Source: Pseudobacteriovorax antillogorgiicola (GTDB taxonomy: Bacteria; Bdellovibrionota_B; Oligoflexia; Oligoflexales; RGVZ01). Taken from it: DNA of 64,000 nt. Where the stretch lies: NCBI GenBank assembly GCA_945865565.1, contig CAMBEK010000004.1:24714-88713 (forward strand). The letters are read 5' to 3'. Below the pieces are notes generated by a model. That model was not told the origin of the DNA. It ran no database searches and saw only the letters and a list, made by a program, of their open reading frames with translations. Positions within the stretch are counted from its first letter, which is position 1; the number at the start of each line of letters is the position of its first letter. Positions 19,477 through 28,892 of this stretch are shown piece after piece. The position numbers and the translations under genes are program-made.

Positions 19477-20826
19477 ATGAAATATTTGAAAAAGCTCCTA
19501 TTGGTTCTTGGTGCAACATCAAGCACAACGTCCCTGGCCTCAGAATTTTTCCCGACATTTGAGGCATCGGCATCAGCGAGCCTTGCAACTCACATGCTGC
19601 AAATCGAAATAAATGAACACCAGGTAATTTCAAAAACCGTCAAGGGATTTGATGTATCTGGCAGGCAACACACCCATGGTCCAGCCCAGGTGACGTTTTT
19701 TCCAAATAGTAAAAGTGCAGAACTTCACCTAAAATTTGATTTGGAATCTGATTCAAAAATGTTGGCCACATCTAACCTTCGCCAGGGCATTGAAGTCCAA
19801 ATCGACACTTCAGCAAAGACGAGGCTGTCGACGATAAAGCCATTTCTGTTCAGTCCTGAAAAATTCACCAGCATTCACGTTCAATGCAAAGCAGCAACGT
19901 CTCTGACTATAAATTCGATCAGGGCGAGTGCCCGCGGCATGACCAGATTGGGCCGGAGTATAAAATCAAATGTGGCGATAAAAAAGGTGGCAGCTGCTTT
20001 TGAAAAATCAAAACCAGAGCAGGAAGAAATTATTTCACAGGAAACGGCAAAAAGCGCCTGCGAGAGCATCAATCGCCGTACCGATGACTTCATGGCGGAC
20101 CTGCAAGCCGATTTCCAGCAGATCATATTTGACCCATTATTCGAAAAAAATAGTCTGGAAAACAACCTGCGTTTTTGGAGCAGTCCAAACCGGATATTCG
20201 CAACCGCGACAACTCAATCCCCAGGATTATCGCCAGCAATTCACGAAGATCCCCCAGAATCCCATGACAGGGATCTCTCGATCCTGATGCACCAGGAAAT
20301 GCTTAACCAGTTCGCAACGCTTGAACTAGGGGGCAGAACGTTTGATGAAATTGATTTCCAGGATCTATTCCGGCGGAGCGGAATTAACGTTGAAAAGTCA
20401 GAACAAACACTGGTCGCCGATGAATTGATCCTGAAATTCTGCCCACAAAAACCAGTCGAATACGTGTTTGATTCGGATCAAATACTTGTGAACGTCTGCG
20501 CAAGCTCACTTCGGCTTCATGGGAAAGACTTGGGAGGCGCGACCTTGTCGCTTAATTACACTTTGCATCCAACGGAAACTGGAGCCCTGATCATCGCTAG
20601 ATCGCATGACATCACCGTAAACTTGGACGAAGGGCGAAATTTGTCAGAAAGCGAAAGGGATACGATCACTGAAAGGTATGACCGTCTTTTTCCATGGAAA
20701 TCCGAAATTGGGCCGGTTTCACTGCCGACCAGAAAAAATCCTCAGGCCGGCCTGTGGGTTACCGACGCTATAACTTCAGCGGGGTGGCTCAATGTCAAAA
20801 TGCAGTTATCGACGGCGGTGCCTTAA
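19477..20826 (+). CDS. Secreted hypothetical protein
   Basis: ATG at 19477 with AGGA 9 nt upstream (the track uses TTG at 19468). Signal peptide MKYLKKLLLVLGATSSTTSLA. No motif recognised. Visibly more AT-rich than neighbouring genes. Confidence 0.6.
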   Translation: MKYLKKLLLVLGATSSTTSLASEFFPTFEASASASLATHMLQIEINEHQVISKTVKGFDVSGRQHTHGPAQVTFFPNSKSAELHLKFDLESDSKMLATSNLRQGIEVQIDTSAKTRLSTIKPFLFSPEKFTSIHVQCKAATSLTINSIRASARGMTRLGRSIKSNVAIKKVAAAFEKSKPEQEEIISQETAKSACESINRRTDDFMADLQADFQQIIFDPLFEKNSLENNLRFWSSPNRIFATATTQSPGLSPAIHEDPPESHDRDLSILMHQEMLNQFATLELGGRTFDEIDFQDLFRRSGINVEKSEQTLVADELILKFCPQKPVEYVFDSDQILVNVCASSLRLHGKDLGGATLSLNYTLHPTETGALIIARSHDITVNLDEGRNLSESERDTITERYDRLFPWKSEIGPVSLPTRKNPQAGLWVTDAITSAGWLNVKMQLSTAVP

Positions 20827-21194
20827 CTAAACCACATCCTGGAGGCCACCATCACCATGAATATGGCAAACGCACGGCGTGCAACCAGGGGATCCAGAGA
20901 CACCCCGATTTTGGAGCCAAACAGGCCACCAACGAGCATGCCAGCGGCAATAAGAAGCCCCGCCGTCACGTGCTCGCCCGATATTTTTCCTGCCTGCCAG
21001 TAAGTCCATACTGCCAAAGCCCCAACTGGAAACAACAGGGCAATGAGTGATGTTGCCGTGGCAGCCTGCTGCTCAAACCCAAAGGCCAACGCCAAAGCTG
21101 GAACAATGATCAGGCCTCCGCCGATTCCAAAAAGACCCGACAAGATACCAGCAGCGAATCCAATTCCAATAAATGCTGTCCAGGATGCTGTCAC
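20823..21194 (-). CDS. Half-size TSUP (TauE/SafE-type) membrane protein
   Basis: 123 aa with 4 predicted TM segments and the TSUP-like motif GIGGGLIIVPAL. It starts 3 nt downstream of der (stop codon 21198-21200). Confidence 0.65.
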   Translation of the reverse strand: MTASWTAFIGIGFAAGILSGLFGIGGGLIIVPALALAFGFEQQAATATSLIALLFPVGALAVWTYWQAGKISGEHVTAGLLIAAGMLVGGLFGSKIGVSLDPLVARRAFAIFMVMVASRMWFS

Positions 21195-21197
21195 AGC

Positions 21198-22679
21198 TTA
21201 TTCACCCTCTGGCGGTGAAAACGCATCGTCCTCAGACATCTCCGGCAACTCGCCCATGTCGAAATCTTCGTCCGCCCTCTTAAAGCCAAGGCGTGAATTT
21301 TCGCTCTGTTTTTCTTTGCTGGCACGGACTTCAGCCTTCGACCGGTAGAGAACTCGCAGTGGGCCATTCCCGTACCCAAGCATCTCGCGAAAGCGCTTTG
21401 TGATGTAACGCTTGTACGATTCCTGGATCTCGTTGGCGACGTTGCAGAAAACAACGATGGTCGGCGGACGGGTCCGTACTTGCGTTGCAAAGTAAAACTT
21501 TGGACGCTTGCTGTATTTCCGGATCAAGGCCGGCGTGTGCTCGTAAACGATCGTGCGCAGGGCATCGTTGAGTTTTCGCGTCTCGACGCGGTGATCGTAA
21601 TCAACAGCCAGGGACTCGACCACATTCATGATCTGATGCACACGTTGGTTTTCCAGACATGAGATAAAGAGTACCGGCACGTGTTGCAACAACTTCAACT
21701 TCAATTTCAAGTCAATTTCGTAATCGCGGGTTGAATTGGAGTTCTTGTCCGGAACCAGGTCCCACTTGTTGACGATGATTGCAATCGGCTTGTATTGCGA
21801 TGCAGCAAGGTCGGCAAGGCGCGCGTCTTGATCTGTCAGGTTTTCCTTTGCATCAATCACGATCAGCACGATGTCCGCGCGTTCGATGGAAAGAAGGCTG
21901 TGCATAACGCTCAGACCCTCGATCTTGTCGTGGATCCTGGACCGCCGGCGGATGCCCGCGGTGTCTACAATCACGTAGTCCGTTTTGTTAAAACTCAGTG
22001 GCGTATCAATTGCGTCGCGGGTGGTCCCGGGAATGTCACTCACTACGGACCGTTCTTCCCCCGTCAAACGATTCAAGATCGACGATTTTCCAGCATTGGG
22101 CCGGCCAATGAGCGCAATCCGCGGTGCACCGGGCGACAAGCGTGAATCGCCCTTGGGCGCCAAGGCAGCCAAACGCTCTTCGATTGTTTCCAAAAGGATA
22201 TCGATCTGGCGGCCATGGGCGGCTGACACGGTCAAGATGTCGGTGACGCCGAGTTCATAGAACTCAAAAGACGCCGTACGGTGTTCGGGGCCGTCAATCT
22301 TATTTGCGACATAAATAACAGATTTGCCCAGGCGCTCAAGATAGCGGGAGAGTTCATGATCGTGTTGGTGAACGCCGCTCTTGCCATCAAGGAGCAAAAC
22401 GACAACATCGGCTTCCTTGATCGCAACCTCGGTCTGGGTCCAGACCAGGTTTTCACTGAATGGTTGAAAATAGACACCCTCAGTTTCAAAACCACCGGTA
22501 TCGATCAAAGTGAAGCCATTTTCCCGATCGTCATCCAAGTAGACCAAGCCATAGAGGCGGTCGCGGGTCACACCCGGGCGATCGTGGACGATCGCTGTTC
22601 TGGTGCGCGTCAGGCGATTGAACAGGGTTGATTTGCCGACATTCGGACGTCCGACAATAGCAACAGTTCCGCGAATCAT
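21198..22679 (-). CDS. der: Ribosome-associated GTPase Der (EngA)
   Basis: 493 aa. Two tandem G domains (GRPNVGKSTLFN and GRPNAGKSSILN; NKIDG and NKWDL), a KH-like region and an acidic C-terminal tail. Confidence 0.95.
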   Translation of the reverse strand: MIRGTVAIVGRPNVGKSTLFNRLTRTRTAIVHDRPGVTRDRLYGLVYLDDDRENGFTLIDTGGFETEGVYFQPFSENLVWTQTEVAIKEADVVVLLLDGKSGVHQHDHELSRYLERLGKSVIYVANKIDGPEHRTASFEFYELGVTDILTVSAAHGRQIDILLETIEERLAALAPKGDSRLSPGAPRIALIGRPNAGKSSILNRLTGEERSVVSDIPGTTRDAIDTPLSFNKTDYVIVDTAGIRRRSRIHDKIEGLSVMHSLLSIERADIVLIVIDAKENLTDQDARLADLAASQYKPIAIIVNKWDLVPDKNSNSTRDYEIDLKLKLKLLQHVPVLFISCLENQRVHQIMNVVESLAVDYDHRVETRKLNDALRTIVYEHTPALIRKYSKRPKFYFATQVRTRPPTIVVFCNVANEIQESYKRYITKRFREMLGYGNGPLRVLYRSKAEVRASKEKQSENSRLGFKRADEDFDMGELPEMSEDDAFSPPEGE

Positions 22680-23395
22680 AAATTGGCCTCATTCACTTTC
22701 TGGATTTTCAGCAAGGCAGCACGGGCAGCGACTTGGGAAGCATTCTTCTTTGTGCTCCCAGATCCCCGACCAAACTCAATGCCCAGGATCTTCACAACCA
22801 CCGTAAAACTTCTCGCGTGGGGCGGACCAATCTCGTCTGTGACGTGATATTCCGGCAATTCCTTGTGCAACCCCTGCACTATTTCTTGCAACTCCGTCTT
22901 GAAGTCCCGAACGACCAGATGATCCAGTCGACCTTCGAGCTCTTCCTGAAAAAGCCGGTCCACCGCCGACCGTGCTGCGTCAAAACCGCCGTCCAGATAA
23001 ACAGCGCCCAAAACGGCTTCAAGAGCATCGGCTAGGATTGAATCTTGATTCTCCAAACCAGCCTTTAGCTCGCCACGACCGAGCTGGATGACTTCGGATA
23101 GTTTTATCTTCCGTGCAATTCCAGCCAAAAAAGATTCATTGACCAGGGCAGCGCGAATCTTCGACAGCTCGCCCTCTTTAAACTGTTCGGCACGGGCAAA
23201 CAAACGGGTGCTGATTGAAACACTGAGGACAGAATCACCCAGAAACTCAAGGCGCTCATTCCAGCGGCGGGTGACCTTAGGTGCGGCGGATGCCTTGCTG
23301 GCTCCGGTCACAGCAGAACTATGGGTCAAAGCCTCAATAAGCAGGCCTGGCTGTTTGAAATTGTAGCCCAGGAATGTTTCGAGATAACTCGCCAT
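22676..23395 (-). CDS. rnc: Ribonuclease III
   Basis: ATG at 23395 lies directly after the mnmA stop. RNase III signature ERLEFLGDSVL and a dsRBD-like C-terminus. The track start at 23524 lies inside mnmA. Confidence 0.93.
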   Translation of the reverse strand: MASYLETFLGYNFKQPGLLIEALTHSSAVTGASKASAAPKVTRRWNERLEFLGDSVLSVSISTRLFARAEQFKEGELSKIRAALVNESFLAGIARKIKLSEVIQLGRGELKAGLENQDSILADALEAVLGAVYLDGGFDAARSAVDRLFQEELEGRLDHLVVRDFKTELQEIVQGLHKELPEYHVTDEIGPPHARSFTVVVKILGIEFGRGSGSTKKNASQVAARAALLKIQKVNEANL

Positions 23396-23397
23396 GG

Positions 23398-24591
23398 TCA
23401 ATGCACCACCGGAATCGGGCGACTGCCAATGAAACCACCGCCCAACACGCGATCCTCTTGATAAAAAACAGCCGCCTGGCCTGGTGTGACCCACTTGGCT
23501 TGAACAGCCAGCAAGACACGCCATGCACCCGATGCAGTCTTTTCAACCCGACAGGCAATCGGACTGCCACGGTAACGGACAACGACTTCGCATTCGATCG
23601 CTTCTTTTCCAGCCTCAAGGCCTGGGATAAGCCAGTTCACTTCAGGGATCATGAATTCCTCGCAAGCAAGGTTTTCAAGATCATCCACAATGACACGGCC
23701 CGTGGCGGCATCGATTGCGGCGACATATTTGGCCTCGAGAGAGCTGATGTTCAGCCCCTTGCGCTGACCAACGGTGAACTTGTGGATCCCGTCATGGTAG
23801 CCAAGGACTTCTCCGGAACGCGAAACGATTTCGCCCTTTTGGCCAAGCTGCTGGGGGTAATGCTGCTCCAGAAAATCCGTGTAGCGCTTGCCACTGACAA
23901 AGCAGATTTCCTGGGATTCATGCTTGTTTTTTGTATGCAAATTAAACTGACCAGCGACGCGGCGGACCTCGTCCTTGGTCATCTCTGCGAGGGGAAACAG
24001 AACGCGGCGCAGCATGTCCGGTTTCAGGTTGAATAAAAAATAACTCTGATCTTTGCGAGGGTCGTGGCCACGATAGAGTTCCGAGGGACGGCCGTCATAA
24101 TGGTGCACAACGCGAGCAAAGTGCCCCGTCGCAACCCACTCAGCCCCAAGGGCGCCGGCACGGTCCACGAGGTGATCAAATTTAAGTTTGCTGTTGCACA
24201 TGACACAAGGGTTCGGAGTCCGGCCCGCAGAATACTCCTTGGCGAAATAATCAACGACGCCAGACCGGAATTCTTTTTCATAGTTCACGACGTAATGTGG
24301 AACGCCAATGTGATGTGCGGCCAAGCGTGCATCATGGACATCGGTCAGAGAACAACAACTGTCAAAACGCGACTCACCTTCGGATCCATGATTCCACAAC
24401 TGCATGGTGATACCGACAACATCAAAGCCACGCTCGGCCAGAATCGCCGCTGCTACACAGGAATCCACGCCCCCCGACATCGCAACAATGATGCGCGACC
24501 CCGGCGCAATGCCAAGAGTGGAATGCGGCAAAACATCCACGGAGGTGGCTGATGGATTCGGGTCCAAGGGATTTGATTCCAAGTTGGTCAT
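23398..24591 (-). CDS. mnmA: tRNA 2-thiouridine(34) synthase
   Basis: 397 aa. PP-loop AMSGGVDS, plus DQSYFL and other conserved MnmA blocks. Confidence 0.95.
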   Translation of the reverse strand: MTNLESNPLDPNPSATSVDVLPHSTLGIAPGSRIIVAMSGGVDSCVAAAILAERGFDVVGITMQLWNHGSEGESRFDSCCSLTDVHDARLAAHHIGVPHYVVNYEKEFRSGVVDYFAKEYSAGRTPNPCVMCNSKLKFDHLVDRAGALGAEWVATGHFARVVHHYDGRPSELYRGHDPRKDQSYFLFNLKPDMLRRVLFPLAEMTKDEVRRVAGQFNLHTKNKHESQEICFVSGKRYTDFLEQHYPQQLGQKGEIVSRSGEVLGYHDGIHKFTVGQRKGLNISSLEAKYVAAIDAATGRVIVDDLENLACEEFMIPEVNWLIPGLEAGKEAIECEVVVRYRGSPIACRVEKTASGAWRVLLAVQAKWVTPGQAAVFYQEDRVLGGGFIGSRPIPVVH

Positions 24592-24803
24592 TCGGGTTAC
24601 CTGCTTAAATGGCGGGCGGATCGTATACTTTTTTCATAAATTTTCAATGAAATTAATAGAATAAAACTTGAAAACCGCCCCTGGAACATGCTCAGCCCTG
24701 GGGCCAAAGAGGTGGGGGGGCAGGTGCAGACAGGGCTCTTATGTTAGAATTGTAAGATAAATTTCGGTCAACGGGGCCACGGAACCCACTCGAAACGAGA
24801 CTC

Positions 24804-25889
24804 ATGCGGAAGTTTTTTCTGACATTACTGGCACTTGCCTCGCTCAGTGCGGCGGGCTTGGCAGGCGCTATGGCGTGGCTCGAGGGCTGGGCATCAACCC
24901 CCCTCCAAATCGTTGCCCCGGCGGATGTCACCCTGGCCCACGGGACTGGACTTCGGCATCTCGGAGCCTCCCTGCAAGCCAAAGGGGTGATCAGTTCCGA
25001 CATCCTGTTCAATCTGCATGTCCGCCTCTCGGGCAGCTACTCAAAGTTTCAAGCCGGACCGTACCGGTTTGAAGGGCAAGCCAGCCCCGCCGAAGTGGAG
25101 CGGGCTTTCGTCGAAGGAAAGATCTTCCAACCCGTCGTCGCGCACTACACAGTGCCCGAAGGATTCACGATGAGGAAAATCGCCGAGCGCATGGCCGCCA
25201 ATGGAATCGGCACTTCAGCCCAGAATTACTCCCTGATGCGCAAGCCATCTTTCATCAGAAAGTTGCCAGGAATTGCTGCCACCAAAGCAGTTTCTTTAGA
25301 AGGCTTTTTGTACCCGGCGACCTATTCGTTTAGCAAGATGCCTTCCCCGGAAGAGGCCATCACCGAAATGGTTTCTGAATTTTTTAAACGCCTGCCGCCG
25401 GATTATGAAGCCCGCGCCAGCGCAAAAAAACTTTCTCTCGTTGACGCAGTCAATTTCGCGTCCTTGATTGAAATGGAAACTTTGCATGAAGACGAAAAAC
25501 CAACCGTCAGCGAAGTGATCTGGAATCGCCAGCGTGATGGAGCCCCGCTCGGGATAGATGCCGCACTGATTTACGGCATCGAGGGCTACGATGGCGACCT
25601 GCGCTGGAAGGATCTCAGCAACCGCAAGAATCCATACAACACCAGAATTTTCCGTGGGCTGCCGCCGACACCAATCGGAAGCGTAACGATGGCGTCATTG
25701 GAAGCCGTTCTGAAACCAGCCAACGAAGGGTATTACTATTATGTGTTGATGCCAGGACCTGAACAGCGCCACCATTTTTCAAAAACGCTGGCAGAGCATA
25801 ATGAGCACGTTCGACAATTGGTAAAATCATCGCGCAATGAAAAGGAGGGCCAACATGGTTCAGAAAAAGGCAGTCGGCATCAAAGATAA
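24804..25889 (+). CDS. mltG: Endolytic murein transglycosylase (YceG/MltG family)
   Basis: 361 aa with an N-terminal TM anchor and the conserved NPYNTRIFRGLPPTPIGS block. Confidence 0.88.
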   Translation: MRKFFLTLLALASLSAAGLAGAMAWLEGWASTPLQIVAPADVTLAHGTGLRHLGASLQAKGVISSDILFNLHVRLSGSYSKFQAGPYRFEGQASPAEVERAFVEGKIFQPVVAHYTVPEGFTMRKIAERMAANGIGTSAQNYSLMRKPSFIRKLPGIAATKAVSLEGFLYPATYSFSKMPSPEEAITEMVSEFFKRLPPDYEARASAKKLSLVDAVNFASLIEMETLHEDEKPTVSEVIWNRQRDGAPLGIDAALIYGIEGYDGDLRWKDLSNRKNPYNTRIFRGLPPTPIGSVTMASLEAVLKPANEGYYYYVLMPGPEQRHHFSKTLAEHNEHVRQLVKSSRNEKEGQHGSEKGSRHQR

Positions 25890-26253
25890 TCGCCAAACGG
25901 TCCGCGTCCCAATTCAGCTGCTCGTTGATTACCGGGCGGACGGGCATTATCTCTTCGATTTTTGCCGTGACTTGGGCACGGGGGGCGTCTTTATCGAGAC
26001 CGAGACACCACAGGCGCCAGGAAGCACACTGGAATTGACCTTCACGATTCCCGACAGCAAGGAAACCCTGAAGGCCAAGGGCACTGTACTTTGGGTGCAG
26101 GCCAAAATTCAAAACCGTTCAGACCTGCAACCGGGCATGGGCATCCAATTTGCCGAATTCACAGCCGAACAGCGTCAAATCCTTGAGGATTTCATCCGCC
26201 GTCACCATGGCCCGAAACTGAAAGACGAACCAGGGCAACAGCACTCCGCTTAA
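25855..26253 (+). CDS. PilZ-domain protein (c-di-GMP receptor candidate)
   Basis: ATG at 25855 is preceded by AAAGGAGGG. RxxxR motif (RQTVR) and D-x-S/G-x-x-G motif (DLGTGGVF). Confidence 0.75.
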   Translation: MVQKKAVGIKDNRQTVRVPIQLLVDYRADGHYLFDFCRDLGTGGVFIETETPQAPGSTLELTFTIPDSKETLKAKGTVLWVQAKIQNRSDLQPGMGIQFAEFTAEQRQILEDFIRRHHGPKLKDEPGQQHSA

Positions 26254-26277
26254 ACCCGTCCCCGACTTCCCTTCCTG

Positions 26278-27480
26278 TCACTCTTCCCAACTTGTGGCAT
26301 AGGCGGCATCCTCATAACCGAGGGCCGCCTTTGTCACATGAATCGGTCCCCACGTATCGACCATCACCGCCAGCTCATCGACAGACTTGATCCCTACGCT
26401 GCCAAAGTAGTTCCCTGGCTGCGGTCCGTGGGACAGGCCGGCTGGATGGTAACTGATACTGCGATTGTTGATACCTTTGCGGGAGGTGAATTTTCCGTCG
26501 ACGTAATAAATGATCTCGTCGCAATGCACATTCGCATGGGGATAGGGACACGGGATAGCGCCTTCGATGTAATCGACCATCCGCGGAACAAACGAGCATA
26601 CGACGAATTCCTTACCTCGAAATGTCGTATGCAGGTTGGGCGGCAGATGGATCTTCCCAGTCTTGGGCAGGTAATCCAGAATGGAGAAGGCCATTGGATA
26701 CATGCTGCCGTCCCAACCCACAACATTTGCGGGCGAGTTTGAGTAGCGGTGGTGCGTCAATTTTTTATTGCGCAGAGTGACCCCGTGGCAAAACATCTTG
26801 GCCTCTGCTTCGGTCAACAAACGCTGTGGCGACCGGAAATCGCGATGGGTATAAGGCGCCTCCATCCGCAACTGGCCATGGGGATTTTTGAAATCCGCTG
26901 GAATTTCGACAAACGGATCCCCTTCAACAATGAGAGCCTCAAGGTCTCCATCCGTCGTTAAAATATAGGGGATGCCGCGCGGGATCAGGACGTAATCGTG
27001 CTTTTTGAACGGCAAGGCTCCAAATTGGGTGAGCAGGGTGCCCTCCCCTGAATAAATAAAATACAGCTCATCTGAATCACCGTTTGTGAAAGACCAGGGA
27101 TCCTTGCCGGTCTGTCCTGGCCTGCCTCTGACCACACTGACCCGGCAGTTGTTGTTGAGAAAAAGGGCCGTCCGGCCAGCCAGCAGATTCTGACCGACGG
27201 GCGCCTCCCACGACTGAATGTGGTGGCGGGACAGGGGCTGCTCTGAATCGTCCGCAATTTCACCAACCAGGCGACCCAAATTACCGCCGTGCTGTTCGAT
27301 CTTCCAGACTTCGTTCAATTCAACTGAAGTTGGTGCGTCGTACAGGTACAGCATCGAAAAACCGCTGGAAAATCCGTCGCGGGTGTAAACATATTCCGTA
27401 CACGGACTTTTGCGACCGGGAGGCGTGAAAACGGTGTGGGGCTTCGGGGCAACGACCCCGAGGGTTCTGCGTTCCAGCAT
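26278..27480 (-). CDS. hmgA: Homogentisate 1,2-dioxygenase
   Basis: ATG at 27480 with GGAG 7 nt upstream; the track start at 27816 is unlikely. Metal-ligand region HANVHCDEIIYYV...SYHPAGLSHGP (His/Glu/His). Confidence 0.85.
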   Translation of the reverse strand: MLERRTLGVVAPKPHTVFTPPGRKSPCTEYVYTRDGFSSGFSMLYLYDAPTSVELNEVWKIEQHGGNLGRLVGEIADDSEQPLSRHHIQSWEAPVGQNLLAGRTALFLNNNCRVSVVRGRPGQTGKDPWSFTNGDSDELYFIYSGEGTLLTQFGALPFKKHDYVLIPRGIPYILTTDGDLEALIVEGDPFVEIPADFKNPHGQLRMEAPYTHRDFRSPQRLLTEAEAKMFCHGVTLRNKKLTHHRYSNSPANVVGWDGSMYPMAFSILDYLPKTGKIHLPPNLHTTFRGKEFVVCSFVPRMVDYIEGAIPCPYPHANVHCDEIIYYVDGKFTSRKGINNRSISYHPAGLSHGPQPGNYFGSVGIKSVDELAVMVDTWGPIHVTKAALGYEDAAYATSWEE

Positions 27481-27608
27481 GATGGCACTCCTTAAACTGA
27501 TTTCACCGCGGGCAGTCATCCACCAAGGTGCATTCTGCAGGGTAACGCCTTCATTCCTTGCAGACAAGTGGATGCAGGCGGGACCGACTGATGGTAGGAT
27601 TCCCGGGA

Positions 27609-27631
27609 GAAGGCAGCGGCCGCCTGCCTTC
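27609..27631. promoter_or_regulatory. Perfect inverted repeat (candidate operator) in the hmgA divergent promoter region
   Basis: GAAGGCAG (27609-27616), CGGCCGC, CTGCCTTC (27624-27631). It lies 39 nt upstream of ORF 27670 and about 130 nt upstream of hmgA. Confidence 0.4.
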
Positions 27632-27669
27632 CTGAGCATTCGCGGCACAACAATTCCGGAGTTCTGATC

Positions 27670-28092
27670 ATGTTTGTCGTATGGAAACGCCCAGACGGAT
27701 ATCACGACGCCACACCAGCCGATTTTCGGGTTGCCGAGGTTGGCACCAATGCCAGAATCTGGCTGCACAAGGGCGACCACCAGTCCTACCCGTTTCGGAT
27801 TTCCGGCGGATGGCAAGAATCAGACGCGACCCAGCGCCTAAATGAACTGGTCAATCTGCTCGGGAAGTCCCAGGACGAATGGGCAGCATCCCTAACCAAA
27901 TCGTTCCACCACTCGATGACCGATGACCCCCGTGCATTTCTTGCAGACCAATTAAAATGGCTGGGTGACTTGAAAAGTCACTTGAAAGGAGACACCTGGG
28001 AGGTAGAAATCATGGACCAGGTGATTGCAGAGGTTTGCAATCAATTGACCGGTCTGGAAAAAAAGTTTATTTCCGCAGCCAGCAAAGTCTGA
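27670..28092 (+). CDS. Hypothetical protein
   Basis: 140 aa, ATG preceded by GGAG. No motif recognised. Followed 15 nt later by the lipoprotein hydrolase gene. Confidence 0.55.
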   Translation: MFVVWKRPDGYHDATPADFRVAEVGTNARIWLHKGDHQSYPFRISGGWQESDATQRLNELVNLLGKSQDEWAASLTKSFHHSMTDDPRAFLADQLKWLGDLKSHLKGDTWEVEIMDQVIAEVCNQLTGLEKKFISAASKV

Positions 28093-28107
28093 CGCCAGGC
28101 AAAAAGA

Positions 28108-28872
28108 ATGAATTTCATGAAACTGCTGACTGTTTCACAAATAAATCTCGCTGCGGCAGTTTTAACCAGCCTGGCCCTTCATGGATGCGGCAGCGGAAAC
28201 GACGCCCATCTCAGCGTTCAGGGTGAACATGAATCAGTTCATCTATTGCTGTTTGGCGGTAACAGGAGCTGCAAATCCAGCACTGACTCAATCCCTTCCC
28301 CCGTCACAATGGACATGGCCCCCCGGGCCATCGGTCTGATCAACCGCCTTCGATCTGGTGGCGGAACAGCAGAGGTTTTGACCTCGTGTTTCATCGACCC
28401 CGACAAGATCCTCATGAGCCGGAATTTCTCTCCGAAATTTGATACCACGAATCCCGAGACCCTGATTGATCAGGCCGTGGCGGACATTGACGCCAACCAG
28501 AGGATTTTTATCATCGGACATTCCTACGGAGGCTGGATCGCGATGAAAATCGCTGAAAAAATTTCTAGCCGTTCAGCGCAAGTTGCGAGTTTGATCACCA
28601 TCGACGCAATCAGCCACAGGGGCTGCACCTACTCTAACTGGACCAATTGCCTCGCTGCGCCCCAGGATTTCAGCAAAGAGAGCCTGGATGAAGTGAAAGC
28701 CAACACCCTCCATTGGGCCAACTTTTATCAGACGACCACCCCTTACCTGCACTCCGGATCGATTGCCCAGGCTGACGTAAATTTAGAACTCCAGGCATCC
28801 CATTTCACCATCGACACCAATGAAGCCGTGTGGCGCCATGCCGACCGGATGCTTACCGGGATTGAACCGTGA
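28108..28872 (+). CDS. Lipoprotein, alpha/beta-hydrolase fold (esterase/lipase-like)
   Basis: 254 aa. Signal peptide ending LALHGC (lipobox-like). Nucleophile elbow IIGHSYGGW (G-x-S-x-G). Confidence 0.65.
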   Translation: MNFMKLLTVSQINLAAAVLTSLALHGCGSGNDAHLSVQGEHESVHLLLFGGNRSCKSSTDSIPSPVTMDMAPRAIGLINRLRSGGGTAEVLTSCFIDPDKILMSRNFSPKFDTTNPETLIDQAVADIDANQRIFIIGHSYGGWIAMKIAEKISSRSAQVASLITIDAISHRGCTYSNWTNCLAAPQDFSKESLDEVKANTLHWANFYQTTTPYLHSGSIAQADVNLELQASHFTIDTNEAVWRHADRMLTGIEP

Positions 28873-28892
28873 ATGCACCGAGAGGCAGGCTG

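Noticed and set aside
24592-24803. 212-nt mnmA/mltG divergent intergenic region with a G7 run (24714-24720), considered as an sRNA, a riboswitch or a phase-variable tract. Also an A9 run at 37555-37563 upstream of pyk.
   Set aside because: I could not match it to tmRNA, SRP, RNase P, 6S or GEMM-type conserved cores by eye. The homopolymers are short and not positioned in a recognisable promoter spacer or coding frame. This would need cmscan against Rfam to settle.
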